The notes under the pieces were generated by a model. That model was not told where the DNA came from. It did not search any database and saw nothing but the letters and a program-made list of their open reading frames with translations. Below are positions 1 to 10,066 of a stretch of DNA of 64,000 nucleotides, piece after piece. This DNA is from an uncultured Bdellovibrio sp. (GTDB taxonomy: Bacteria; Bdellovibrionota; Bdellovibrionia; Bdellovibrionales; Bdellovibrionaceae): contig CAWVRN010000002.1 of NCBI GenBank assembly GCA_963932905.1, forward strand, positions 128,001 to 192,000, written 5' to 3'. The first letter of the stretch is position 1, and every line of letters begins with the position of its first letter. A program made the position numbers and the translations under genes.

Positions 1-969
1 GATCTTGTCTGCCGAAATTAATTCGATGTCTGAGAAGACTTTTTTCTTCGCACAAAAGTCTAGCATCTCTTGAGTTTCCTTGATGCCCCCAATCAGAGAA
101 CCGGTCAGAACTTTGCGTCCACCAATTAATCCGAAAGCGTTTAAGCTATTAGGATCCGGAGACACGCCCACTAGGACCATCGTCGCACCTAATTTCAGAC
201 TGTTTAAGTATGGGGTGAAATCATGCTGTGCGGAAACAGTATCGATAATCAAATCCAAAGTCCCCGCCATTGAAGCAAAAACTTTAGGATCTTTCGTCAC
301 TTTGAAATGCTTAGCGCCAAGTCGTTTTGCGTCAGATTCTTTGTTCGGAGAGGTGCTGAACACAGTCACTTCCGCGCCCATAGCTTTAGCTAATTTAACG
401 GCCATGTGGCCTAAACCACCAAGTCCTACAACTCCCACTTTCTTACCTTTGCCTGCTTTGTAGCGCTTCAATGGAGAATAAGTTGTGATCCCTGCACAAA
501 GAAGTGGCGCAACTTTATCTAACGGAAGTCCTTTCTTCACTTTTAAAACATATTGGTCTTTCACTGTGATGTGAGATGCGTAACCACCGTACGTTGGTGT
601 TTTGCCATCAAGTTCAGTGCTATTGTATGTGAATACGGTTTTTTTCTCGCAGAATTGTTCTTCATTGTTTTTACATGGGTTACACTTTCCACAAGAATCC
701 ACAAAGCAGCCCACACCAACAGGTTCGCCAACTTTGAATCGTTTAACTTTTTTTCCAACTTTAATTACGTGACCGACAATTTCATGTCCAGGTACGCACG
801 GGTAGGCAGCGGGTCCCCACTCTGATCGTACCGTGTGGATGTCAGAATGGCAGATTCCGCAGTAGTCGATTTTAATCATGACGTCGTTAGCGCCGGGTTC
901 GCGTCGTTCAATAGTGTGAGGTTTAATAGTTCCGCTTTTATCAAAAGCAGCCATACATTTTGATTCCAT
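1..969 (-). CDS. Zn-dependent NAD(P)-dependent alcohol dehydrogenase (cinnamyl-ADH/YahK-like), 3' end outside the window
   Basis: Not in the ORF track. Manual translation from ATG 969 (RBS AGGAG) is open to position 1: CGICHSD, PGHEIVG, structural Zn CGKCNPC..C, APLLCAGITTYSPL, Rossmann GLGGLG. Confidence 0.93.
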   Translation of the reverse strand, partial: MESKCMAAFDKSGTIKPHTIERREPGANDVMIKIDYCGICHSDIHTVRSEWGPAAYPCVPGHEIVGHVIKVGKKVKRFKVGEPVGVGCFVDSCGKCNPCKNNEEQFCEKKTVFTYNSTELDGKTPTYGGYASHITVKDQYVLKVKKGLPLDKVAPLLCAGITTYSPLKRYKAGKGKKVGVVGLGGLGHMAVKLAKAMGAEVTVFSTSPNKESDAKRLGAKHFKVTKDPKVFASMAGTLDLIIDTVSAQHDFTPYLNSLKLGATMVLVGVSPDPNSLNAFGLIGGRKVLTGSLIGGIKETQEMLDFCAKKKVFSDIELISADKI

Positions 970-1283
970 TTTTGATCTCCTGATATGTGAATTGAGTAGA
1001 AGTAAATCTACACATGTCCGTCGAAATAGCACAATGGGAAAATAGTTTAGTTGCTATTGCGCTGGACCACTGGCAGGCTTTGGTTAATGAGGCATTCGAA
1101 TTTTAGAATTTATATTCTGATCATCGTGTTTCTAGCAGTGAAAATTGCTCTATCGTAGGCTGCATGAAAAACAATGCATGGATTCCAAACCGGGTGGGAT
1201 CGCATAGGTCGCAGGAAAAACGTTGACCTACTTTAAAAGACGACCAACCATTTTTTTATCCATTTAAACGTGTATTTTTAAGA

Positions 1284-1306
1284 AGGCTTCGGGTGCCCCA
1301 AAGCCT
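1284..1306 (-). terminator. Stem-loop, probable terminator of 1315..1752
   Basis: Minus strand AGGCTTTGGG-GCA-CCCGAAGCCT (10-bp stem with one G-U) just after the stop codon; weak U-tract. Confidence 0.5.
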
Positions 1307-1314
1307 ATTATAGT

Positions 1315-1752
1315 CTATAGATTTTCTTCTAAGAAGCTTTTTACGGAATCAGGACCAGGACAGCCGTTGCCATGTAAATTTGCCGCGAAAACTAGAGTAT
1401 CGTTCTCAAGAGTTAATTTTCCTTCGCGATCGTGAATAAATTTAACTTTTTTGATTTTGTCACGGAAAGCATCTTTTGACATTTGATCGGTGCAAACTTT
1501 TTTCAAGCCTTCTTCAAAATTTTGTAAAAACCACTCCCTGATGTTGTTGCCGTTATTCAGGAACATGTTTTCAAAACTATCAGTTAGAAGTCCTTGTTCT
1601 ACCGTCGCCCAATCAAATTCAATATTAACTGTACCTCCGGCGATAGCTGAAATTTTCGTATGGTAATTGATGAAGTCTGCATTTTCTTTGTGTTGTTGGA
1701 TGTAGCGTTTTTGTTGTAGATTTAATTTTTTAGTCTCTTGAGCGCCTGACAT
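1315..1752 (-). CDS. Hypothetical cytoplasmic protein (145 aa)
   Basis: AGGAG RBS, globular composition, downstream hairpin; no catalytic motif recognised. Confidence 0.8.
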   Translation of the reverse strand: MSGAQETKKLNLQQKRYIQQHKENADFINYHTKISAIAGGTVNIEFDWATVEQGLLTDSFENMFLNNGNNIREWFLQNFEEGLKKVCTDQMSKDAFRDKIKKVKFIHDREGKLTLENDTLVFAANLHGNGCPGPDSVKSFLEENL

Positions 1753-1926
1753 AAAATCTCCTTGCTATAATGTTTTATATATTTTGAGTGGGGATATACC
1801 GACACGCAAATTGTTTTTGATATGGAACTACATAGATTCAATGTGGTTCTTTATACCAAAGAAAAATGAAAAATCTCGACTATGGAAGGGCTAGCATTCT
1901 GCAACCGGTTATTGCCTAGGAAGCCA

Positions 1927-2346
1927 TCAGATAAGTTTGATTTTAAGTTCTTTAAAGCCGGTCTCGGGATCAAATTCTCGATCAAACCGAATGCCAGAAT
2001 AGCTGGCGACAACGACCTCACCGGTTGTAAAGATCTGATTACCATCGCTCAGGTGGCCGCCGTAAACGCGTGCCTCCTTATCAGCGATTGATATATGAAT
2101 GTGCACGCCTTCGGTGGAAAGCAATCCAGAGAGGGTTAAAATTTCATGCGGTTCATTTGATTCATAAAAGGAATCAGAACTGGCTTTTCTCAATTTAGTA
2201 GTGCTTAAACTGCCCACACCACTAACAATGGAACCAGCGTGTATTTGATGGTTCTTGCAAAAACTGATCAGCGATTGGCGAAGATCTTCGCCAGGAGATA
2301 ATTTCACAAAATAAAAGGAGCAACTATCGCTGGAAATATTAGCCAT
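1927..2346 (-). CDS. PPC/DUF296 domain protein
   Basis: L.PGEDL, GVGSL, EILTLSG, HIHISIAD..GGHL motifs. Confidence 0.9.
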   Translation of the reverse strand: MANISSDSCSFYFVKLSPGEDLRQSLISFCKNHQIHAGSIVSGVGSLSTTKLRKASSDSFYESNEPHEILTLSGLLSTEGVHIHISIADKEARVYGGHLSDGNQIFTTGEVVVASYSGIRFDREFDPETGFKELKIKLI

Positions 2347-2376
2347 ATTTGCTCCTTCAGAGATCAGATAAAGCGA

Positions 2377-2751
2377 TTAAGCTTCACCTTTTTGAGATTC
2401 GATTTCTTTTCTAACTTCATCCATATCCAATTTTTTTACTTGGGTAGTGATGTCCGCAAGACCCTCTTCTGGCAACATACCTGGCTCTAGGAATACCAGA
2501 GTTTGCTCTTTAAAAATTCCTACCGTAGGGATGCTTTGGATACCAAATGAAGCCGCGATTTCTGGTTCCTCATCCGTATTCACTTTAGCAAAAATCATAT
2601 CCGTGTTTTTGGACGCGAATTCTTCGAAAATTGGAGCAAACTGTTTGCACGGTCCACACCAAGGAGCCCAGAAATCGATCATGACGATTTTGTTTCCATT
2701 AATTGTGTTTTCAAAATTCGTCTTATCTAGTTTCAAAATATTGTCAGCCAT
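2377..2751 (-). CDS. trxA: Thioredoxin
   Basis: DFWAPWCGPCK active site, SIPT cis-Pro motif. Confidence 0.93.
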   Translation of the reverse strand: MADNILKLDKTNFENTINGNKIVMIDFWAPWCGPCKQFAPIFEEFASKNTDMIFAKVNTDEEPEIAASFGIQSIPTVGIFKEQTLVFLEPGMLPEEGLADITTQVKKLDMDEVRKEIESQKGEA

Positions 2752-2761
2752 GGGGCCTCCG

Positions 2762-4633
2762 TTAGTTTACTCTAGCCATCAGGTCAGAGATTTGTTTCGT
2801 AAATTTTCCTGGATCAGGTAATTCAGATCCTTCATTTAACAATGCTTGGTTGTACAGAATTTCTGACCAAGTTTTTTGATCTTCTACAGGTTTAGAAAGC
2901 ATCGTTTCAAACAATGGGTGTTTCAAGTTCAATTCTAAAATACGCTTTACCTTAGGTGCTTGAATATCACCACCCATGCGGCTCATGATGCGTTCCATGT
3001 TTGCTGAAGGGTCATTCGCCGAATTCACCAGAACCGCCGCCGACGTGCTTAGACGATCAGACACTACGATATCTTTGATGTTTTCAGAAAGACTAGTTTT
3101 CATTGTTTCGATCAAAGGCATAAAGCGTTCTTTAAGCGACTTGTTTTCTTCTTCTTTTTTCTTTTTGTCTTCTTCTGAATCCAAATTCAAATCATCGCGA
3201 GTGATGGATTGAAGTTTTTTATCTTTGTATGTTGGTAGCGCTGACATAACCCATTCATCCACTGGATCTACGCACAATAGAACTTCTAAACCTTTCTCGT
3301 TTAGTTTTTCCATATATGGCGTATTTCTAACTTGTGATAAGCTTTCTCCTGTAATGAAGAAAATTTCTTTTTGATCTGGCTTCATGCGTGCAATGTATTC
3401 ATCCAGTGTAGTGAATGAATCTTGAGTCGAGCTATTGAACAAGATTAAATCTTGTAGTTTTTCTTTGGCTGACATGTCCATCGCGACGCCTTCTTTTAAC
3501 GTCGAACCGAATTCTTTCCAGAAACTATCGTATTCTTTGCGCGAGTTAGTTAGTAAATCTTTTAATGTGGCGTAAATTTTGTTCGTGACATTTTTCTTGA
3601 TCAACTGAACCTGACGATCTTGCTGTAAGATTTCGCGAGATACGTTCAATGATAAGTCGGCGCTGTCCACAAGACCTTTAACGAAACGTAAATGCGAAGG
3701 GATTAAGTCTTTGCAATCGTTCATGATAAACACGCGTTTAACGTACAAATTTAAACCGTAGTCTGTGTCGCGCGAATGGAAATTCATTGGACGCTTAGCT
3801 GGGATGTACAATAATGAGTTAAACTCCATCGTACCTTCGGCCTTGTAGTGTACTGTTTTAAGAGGTTCATTCCAGTCGTGTGATAAATGGTGATAGAACT
3901 CAGTGTATTCTTCCGGTTTGATTTCACTTGGTGTACGCAGCCATAAAGCTTTCATTGAATTCAAAGTTTGATCTTCTTCTTTATCCTGATTCTTAGTTTT
4001 CATTAGAATAGGGTAAGAAATAAAATCAGAGTATTTTTTAACTAGTGAACGTAAAGTCCACTCATCAGTAAAATCACTAACGTTATCTTCCGCTTCGAAT
4101 TTTTTAAGGTGAAGAGTGATTGTAGTCCCTGTGCCTTCTGGACGAGGAACTTCATCGATCGTGTAGGTGCCATCACCGCTAGATTCCCAAACGACACCGT
4201 TATTTTCGCCGGCCTTTTGAGTGTGTAATGTTACTTTTTCAGCCACCATGAATGAGGAATAGAAACCAACACCAAATTGGCCGATTAATTCTGGGCGGTC
4301 TTTTAATTCTTGAGAAATTTTTTGATAAGTTTGAGTGCCTGAACGAGCAATGGTTCCGATATACTCGACTACCTCGTCTTTAGACATACCAATACCCGAA
4401 TCTTGAATTTTAAGGGTATTGTTTTCTTTGTTGGGAACTAAACGGATTTGATAGGTGTGATCGTTTTTAGCTAGTTCAGGCTTGGTTAAAGCTTCGAATC
4501 TTAATTTATCTAAAGCATCCGATGCGTTTGAGACAAGTTCTCTAAGGAAAATCTCTTTATGTGAATATAACGAGTGGATCATTAGATCCAAAAGTTTCTT
4601 GATTTCCGCGTTAAAGCTTTGAGTTTGTTTCAT
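2762..4633 (-). CDS. htpG: Chaperone HtpG (Hsp90)
   Basis: [40 protein letters not shown]. Confidence 0.98.
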
Positions 4634-4672
4634 GTTCAGCGACTCCTTAAGGATAAAAATTATTTACCCTTA

Positions 4673-4699
4673 ATATGAGTCGCTGATGGAACCTGTCAA
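4673..4699 (-). promoter_or_regulatory. Putative sigma-32-type promoter of htpG-trxA
   Basis: TTGACA-N13-ACTCATAT versus consensus TTGAAA-N13/14-CCCCATAT, upstream of a heat-shock gene. Confidence 0.5.
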
Positions 4700-4701
4700 C
4701 C

Positions 4702-4803
4702 ACGACGGCTTAATATTGAATTTTTCGGCGTTACTGCGTCGTCGACGTGCTAGGCGCACGCCTTCCTCCTAGTGCCTTGATAAATTCAATATTAAGCCGT
4801 CGT
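4702..4803. repeat. Palindromic MITE/REPIN-like element with perfect 22-bp terminal inverted repeats
   Basis: ACGACGGCTTAATATTGAATTT (4702-4723) and its exact reverse complement (4782-4803) flank a GC-rich 58-bp core. Confidence 0.8.
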
Positions 4804-4808
4804 ACTAC

Positions 4809-6218
4809 CTAAACTTCCATTTGCGGGCCGGCGCCGTAAGGGCGTAAGCCTTTCTTTTTGATCTTTTCTACCAGTGTGGTGCGGTTTAAACGCAATAGAG
4901 CGGCTGCTTGGTTACGATTCCAGCCCGTTTTCTCTAATGCCTTCAGAATTAGGCTGTTTTCAAAGGCATCAACGGCCGAATTGAAATCCAAGCCGTTATC
5001 TGGGATGTCTTCAAATTGGAATTCTTCCTTCTTTTCGACCTTAACTTGATATTTCGCAGGCAAATCAGACATTTCGATCGTGCCTTCGGTTTTCAAGATC
5101 GTTAGGCGTTCAACCAAGTTCTCTAGTTCGCGGATGTTTCCTGGCCATGGATACTGAATTAGACTATCTAAAGCCGCTTCGCTAAAACCAGTGATCCGTT
5201 TCGTTTTAAATTTGTTAAACTGAGTTAAAAAGTGTGTCAGTAACAATGGGATATCGGCCTTACGCTCTTGCAAAGCCGGTAGCTGCACAGGGATCACATT
5301 CAAGCGATAGTACAAGTCCTCGCGGAACTGACCTTCTTCAACGGCTTGTTCTAAGTTGATGTTGGTCGCTGCAATCACGCGAACGTTTACATTAACAGTT
5401 TTGACTCCGCCCACTGGCTCGAACGACTTTTCTTGAAGGGCGCGAAGGATCTTAACTTGTAGGCTTGGATCCAGGTCTCCGATTTCGTCTAAAAACAGTG
5501 TTCCTCCGTCAGCCATTTCGAATCTTCCTAAACGATTACTTATAGCACCAGTGAAGGCGCCTTTTACATGACCGAATAGTTCGCTTTCTAATAATTCAGC
5601 CGGGATAGCGCCGCAGTTAATTGCGATGAATGGACCCGAAGCACGTGATGAATTGAAATGAATCGCTTTAGCAATCAATTCTTTACCCGTGCCGCTTTGG
5701 CCCGTAACTAGAACCGTGGCTTCTGAATCAGCTACTTTTTCTACCAGACTGAGTACGCCTTGGATGCTTTCACTGCGGCCGATGATTTGATCGAATTTGT
5801 ATTTTTTATTTACTACTGTTTTAAGTAGCTTGTTTTCAACTTGAAGCTTCTTGTGCTCTAGCGCTTTATCCACAAGTCCCAGAAGCTCATCCACATTTAC
5901 TGGTTTCGTCATAAAGTGGTAAGCCCCTCGCTGAGTTGCCGAGATTGCGGTTTCGATGGTCGCAAAACCTGTAAGGATAATCACTTCGATGGCCGGGTTC
6001 ATGCGCTTTAAGATATCCATGAAATCCAAACCGTTTCCGTCAGGTAAACTCATATCGACGATAGCTAAATCGAATTGATTTTCACCTTGGGTAAACATTT
6101 TGGCTTCTTGTAAAGTTCCTGAGGTAACGACATCTAAGTTTCTTTTAGAGATCGCTCTTGATAAGACGGTTCTTAGTTGCGAGTCGTCTTCTAGAATCAA
6201 AACTTTTGGATTCTTCAT
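4809..6218 (-). CDS. Sigma-54-dependent NtrC-family response regulator (REC-AAA+-Fis HTH)
   Basis: LEDD/VDMSLPD receiver, [31 protein letters not shown]-terminal HTH. Start moved from 6266 to ATG 6218 (GGAAGG RBS). Confidence 0.95.
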   Translation of the reverse strand: MKNPKVLILEDDSQLRTVLSRAISKRNLDVVTSGTLQEAKMFTQGENQFDLAIVDMSLPDGNGLDFMDILKRMNPAIEVIILTGFATIETAISATQRGAYHFMTKPVNVDELLGLVDKALEHKKLQVENKLLKTVVNKKYKFDQIIGRSESIQGVLSLVEKVADSEATVLVTGQSGTGKELIAKAIHFNSSRASGPFIAINCGAIPAELLESELFGHVKGAFTGAISNRLGRFEMADGGTLFLDEIGDLDPSLQVKILRALQEKSFEPVGGVKTVNVNVRVIAATNINLEQAVEEGQFREDLYYRLNVIPVQLPALQERKADIPLLLTHFLTQFNKFKTKRITGFSEAALDSLIQYPWPGNIRELENLVERLTILKTEGTIEMSDLPAKYQVKVEKKEEFQFEDIPDNGLDFNSAVDAFENSLILKALEKTGWNRNQAAALLRLNRTTLVEKIKKKGLRPYGAGPQMEV

Positions 6219-6322
6219 TAACCTTCCTTCCTGGTAGGTTGTTGTATTTGTCGCTCCGCCAATCATTGGCTTCTGTCCCCTATGGGAAGAGAACGTCGTG
6301 ACATAACTATATGTTATTAAAA

Positions 6323-6340
6323 TTTGACAGTACTGTCAAA
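6323..6340. promoter_or_regulatory. Perfect 18-bp palindrome, candidate operator
   Basis: TTTGACAGTACTGTCAAA about 105 bp upstream of the NtrC-like gene. Confidence 0.5.
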
Positions 6341-6448
6341 AAATCAACTCTGTTTTTTTAAAAAAACGCTAAAATCTTGACTAGCGTTGAGTTTCCGAGC
6401 GGGCCTTGGACCAGTTAACTTTCCGACGATCTAGACCAAGACACAGTT

Positions 6449-7813
6449 TTAGCCGCGTGTATTAACTAATAAATTGTTTACAATTTCAGCGCATTTTTTG
6501 ATCGCCGCTTCTATCGACTTTAAATCCGCATACATTGGATCAGAACTTTGCGTGTCCATAATCAATAGCTGAGTATAGGACAACAATCCCCCCAACGGAT
6601 TATTAATTTCATGAGCAATACTGCTAGAAAGTATCCCTAACTCTGCTTTAGGTGCTAATTCTAATAATTCTTGTTCTAACTGCATTTTCTGAGTGATGTT
6701 GCGATAGTAGTGAATTGCATATTTCTTGCCATCTAAACCAACGGACTGGCCAGCAACTTCAAAGTGTTCTTTGTTCTGAGTTATCTCAAATTTAGAACCC
6801 ATTTGACAGCCTTCACACGGAATTGCGCGACCAAATAAAAACTGGTGGCACTTTTGTGGTGCTTGGAAATTATCTAAATTTGTTTGTACGATATTATATT
6901 CAGCATCAACCAAGATGATCGCATCCTTAATCGCGTTGAATAAGGTTTTCCAGTAATTGTGAATTTTCTCAAGTTTGTTTCTGTTCTCAAATCGTTCGGT
7001 TGCTAAACTTACGGCTTCCGTCACGCGTGCTAAGAATTCGGACTCTTCCTTAGTGAATGGCTTCTGCAAAGAGCGCATGAAAAATACAGATCCAATTTCG
7101 CTATTTTGTTTGTGAACGCGGAATCGCAAGTACTGGTATTGCAGCTGTGATTCAAGTTCTTTAACGAACAAATCGTCCGTCGGAGAAAAACAAATTTTAA
7201 TCCACTGGATTTCAAAAGTTCTAAGAAGTTCTTCGTTTAGATTCTTTTCGAGCTCTTCCAAGTTTTGCGATTGGTAGACTGTAGTCAATGCCTTACGGAA
7301 GGATTCGATACGCAGATTCGTGAAGAACAATTTTCGACGAGATTCGACTAGGAACTTGGTACGCTTTTCAATTTTCTCATCTAGACTGGCACGCAGTTTA
7401 ACTAATTTTTGATTCTGTTCTTCGAAAAGTGCTTTGTAGCTTTCGAACTGCTTTTCTTGATACGATTTTTCTAGTGATAGGTTTAAAAATTGTTCAATGT
7501 TTTTGTCGTTGTACGAAGTGAAGATTTTGCTAAAAGAATACTTCCACTGCAAATCTAGAAGTGACTTTTTCGAAAAATCGGCAGGGACGACGGCTACAAT
7601 TTGTAAATGCGGGTTGTTTTGCTTCCATTTTGTATACAAATCAAAGAAACGTTTTTCCAATACGGCCGTTAAATTAATTCCGAGGACGTCAATTAGCGAC
7701 CGATCAAACTGGTAATTAGCTTCGTACAAATCATTTACGATCACAGCCCCAATTTCACTCAGGTGCTTTGGCCAGGGACCAACCAGCAAAAATTTGTGAA
7801 TTATAGCTGACAT
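6449..7813 (-). CDS. Histidine kinase-like protein (coiled coil, GAF/PAS-like, HisKA) with no HATPase domain
   Basis: H-box SIAHEINNPLGG near the C-terminus; Cys motif CHQFLFGRAIPCEGC; ORF ends about 50 aa after the His. Confidence 0.8.
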   Translation of the reverse strand: MSAIIHKFLLVGPWPKHLSEIGAVIVNDLYEANYQFDRSLIDVLGINLTAVLEKRFFDLYTKWKQNNPHLQIVAVVPADFSKKSLLDLQWKYSFSKIFTSYNDKNIEQFLNLSLEKSYQEKQFESYKALFEEQNQKLVKLRASLDEKIEKRTKFLVESRRKLFFTNLRIESFRKALTTVYQSQNLEELEKNLNEELLRTFEIQWIKICFSPTDDLFVKELESQLQYQYLRFRVHKQNSEIGSVFFMRSLQKPFTKEESEFLARVTEAVSLATERFENRNKLEKIHNYWKTLFNAIKDAIILVDAEYNIVQTNLDNFQAPQKCHQFLFGRAIPCEGCQMGSKFEITQNKEHFEVAGQSVGLDGKKYAIHYYRNITQKMQLEQELLELAPKAELGILSSSIAHEINNPLGGLLSYTQLLIMDTQSSDPMYADLKSIEAAIKKCAEIVNNLLVNTRG

Positions 7814-8496
7814 GCCGAGATCAGCTCCTTGTGGGTGTGAATCGTATAGTCTGGAATTTCAAAATGATCTTGAGCCACGTCTTCCGCATGCTCACCGTGC
7901 TGGTAGTAACAGGTTTTAGCACCGATTTGCTTAGCCATCCGGATTTCTTGAGAAAGACGGTTGCCAATAGACAAAAGCTGCTCGGGCAGAATCCCGGAGT
8001 CCTCCACAATTTTTTCAAAAGCCGCGCGTTTTGTTGGGTAGGCACCCTCGGCAACAACCAAAATATTTTCTTTCTTTATAAAACGTTCGATTTTTAGCTG
8101 AGCCAGTTTCTTGTGTTGTGCGCTAACGACACCAGCTGTAACTACGAAAACTTCATATTTTGCGCCTAAGGTCTTTAGGTTATCTTCCGCTCCAGGCATC
8201 AGTGCTAGATTGGGGGGAAGGTCGGGCTCGTAAAACAGACGATTCAAGTTAGCCACTACTAGTGACGCTTCTGAAGGCACCCTGAGGGGAAATGTTGTAA
8301 CAAGATTTTTAAAAAACTCTTTGTGTGACTTTGTTTTCACATATTCTTTTCGCGAAATATCAAAATCTTCAAAAGCATTTTTATAACCTTCAGTTAACAA
8401 ATAGCTGTGGATTTTTCGACACGCAAATGGAATTAACTCGTTTGTTGTGTCGATCAAAGTGTCGTCTAGGTCAAAGGCGATGGCCTTATAATTCAT
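7801..8496 (-). CDS. HAD-family hydrolase
   Basis: FDLDDTL motif I, VVTAG motif II, IGNRLSQEI motif IV. Confidence 0.9.
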   Translation of the reverse strand: MNYKAIAFDLDDTLIDTTNELIPFACRKIHSYLLTEGYKNAFEDFDISRKEYVKTKSHKEFFKNLVTTFPLRVPSEASLVVANLNRLFYEPDLPPNLALMPGAEDNLKTLGAKYEVFVVTAGVVSAQHKKLAQLKIERFIKKENILVVAEGAYPTKRAAFEKIVEDSGILPEQLLSIGNRLSQEIRMAKQIGAKTCYYQHGEHAEDVAQDHFEIPDYTIHTHKELISACQL

Positions 8497-8662
8497 TTAA
8501 AAAATCCCAGTTTTATTTTGTGCAGAAAAGGCAACAGTTCCAATTGTATTATTCATGAAAAGTGGCTAGTCCTCAATGTTTTTCTAGTAGGTGATTTTGC
8601 CTGAAATGGTAGGCGCGATAAATATCGCTGGATTATCGAGCAAACAGTGATATTTTAGGTTC

Positions 8663-10051
8663 ATGACAGAAAAAGATGATTCAAAAAACAAGGAAGTCTC
8701 ATTTACGGCCATCATTTTAGCGGCAGGTAAGGGAACTAGGATGAATTCAGCTCTACCAAAGGTTTTGCACCCGGTCGCGGGAAAGCCAATGATTTCAAGA
8801 GTGATAGCTTCATGTAAAAAAGCAGGCATTACCGATATTCGCGTTGTTGTTGGCCATGGTTCTTCATTGGTGAAGACCGTTCTTGAGCCTGAAGGTGTTA
8901 CCTTCTTTGAACAGAAAAATCAGTTAGGAACAGCTGACGCCGTTCGCTCGGCGCAGCCTGAAACGATCGAAGGCAATATCATTATCTTGAACGGCGATCA
9001 CCCTATGATCGAGCCGCAAGATATTGAAGGTTTCATTCGTGATTTCAAAGATCAAAAATTAGATATTGGCTTGGTAACTACTATTTTAAAAGAACCGGGT
9101 GATTTCGGCCGTGTTGTTAGAAATGGCGGGGAATTATACGCGATCGTGGAAGCAAAAGACGCATCGGCAGAAGCTAAAAAAATCAAAGAAGTGAATACGG
9201 GTATTTATTTAACTCGCGCAGCAATTTTAAATTTGCTGTTACCTGAAGTTAAAAATGAAAATCAGAAAAAAGAATTTTATTTAACAGATATCATTTCACT
9301 AGGCATCGAAGAACGTAAGAAAATCAAAACGATTTCGGGTGCTAAAAATGTTTCAATGGGTGTGAACAATCAAATTGAGTTAGCAAAAGCAACGAAACTG
9401 GTTTTCAAATCACATATGAAAAAGCTGCTAGAAAGCGGCGTGATGATCATCGACCCAAGAAATACATACATCGAAGAAACGGTAGAGATCGGGCCGGGAA
9501 CAATTATTTATCCTGGTAGTTACTTAAAGGGGAAAACAAAAATCGGAAAGTTCTGCATGATTGAAACCAACACATTCATTGTAGATACTACGATCGAGGA
9601 CAGTGTACAGGTTCGTGCTGGTAGTTATTTAGAATCGTCTATTATCCGTTCGAAATGTAATATCGGGCCCTACGCTCGGGTTCGTCCCGATAGCGAATTG
9701 TTAGAAGAAGTTCATATTGGCAATTTTGTAGAAGTTAAAAAATCTAAACTTGGTAAAGGAACAAAAGCCGCGCATTTAGCCTATATTGGTGATGCCGAGA
9801 TAGGTGAACACACCAACATCGGCTGCGGAACCATTTTCGTAAATTATTTACCAAATAAATCAAAACATAAAACAAAAGTGGGCGACAATTGTTTCATCGG
9901 TAGCGATGTCCAATTAATTGCTCCTCTTGAAGTTGGCTCAGGAGCCACAGTGGGTGCCGGTTCCGTAATTACCAAGAATGTGCCCGCTAATGCACTGGCT
10001 GTGACGCGGGCTCCGCAAATCATAAAAGAAAATTACAGGCCAAAACCGTAG
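8663..10051 (+). CDS. glmU: Bifunctional UDP-GlcNAc pyrophosphorylase/GlcN-1-P acetyltransferase
   Basis: ILAAGKGTRM..PKVLH, QLGTADAV, hexapeptide repeats, HLAYIGDA. Confidence 0.98.
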   Translation: MTEKDDSKNKEVSFTAIILAAGKGTRMNSALPKVLHPVAGKPMISRVIASCKKAGITDIRVVVGHGSSLVKTVLEPEGVTFFEQKNQLGTADAVRSAQPETIEGNIIILNGDHPMIEPQDIEGFIRDFKDQKLDIGLVTTILKEPGDFGRVVRNGGELYAIVEAKDASAEAKKIKEVNTGIYLTRAAILNLLLPEVKNENQKKEFYLTDIISLGIEERKKIKTISGAKNVSMGVNNQIELAKATKLVFKSHMKKLLESGVMIIDPRNTYIEETVEIGPGTIIYPGSYLKGKTKIGKFCMIETNTFIVDTTIEDSVQVRAGSYLESSIIRSKCNIGPYARVRPDSELLEEVHIGNFVEVKKSKLGKGTKAAHLAYIGDAEIGEHTNIGCGTIFVNYLPNKSKHKTKVGDNCFIGSDVQLIAPLEVGSGATVGAGSVITKNVPANALAVTRAPQIIKENYRPKP

Positions 10052-10066
10052 AGAAAGGTAGGAGTT

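Noticed and set aside
80..825. Track ORFs 80..463, 553..825 and 561..758, and a possible ADH frameshift
   Set aside because: They are shadows of the alcohol dehydrogenase, whose minus-strand frame reads continuously from 969 to the window edge.
10052..10066. glmS ribozyme
   Set aside because: Only 15 bp separate glmU and glmS.
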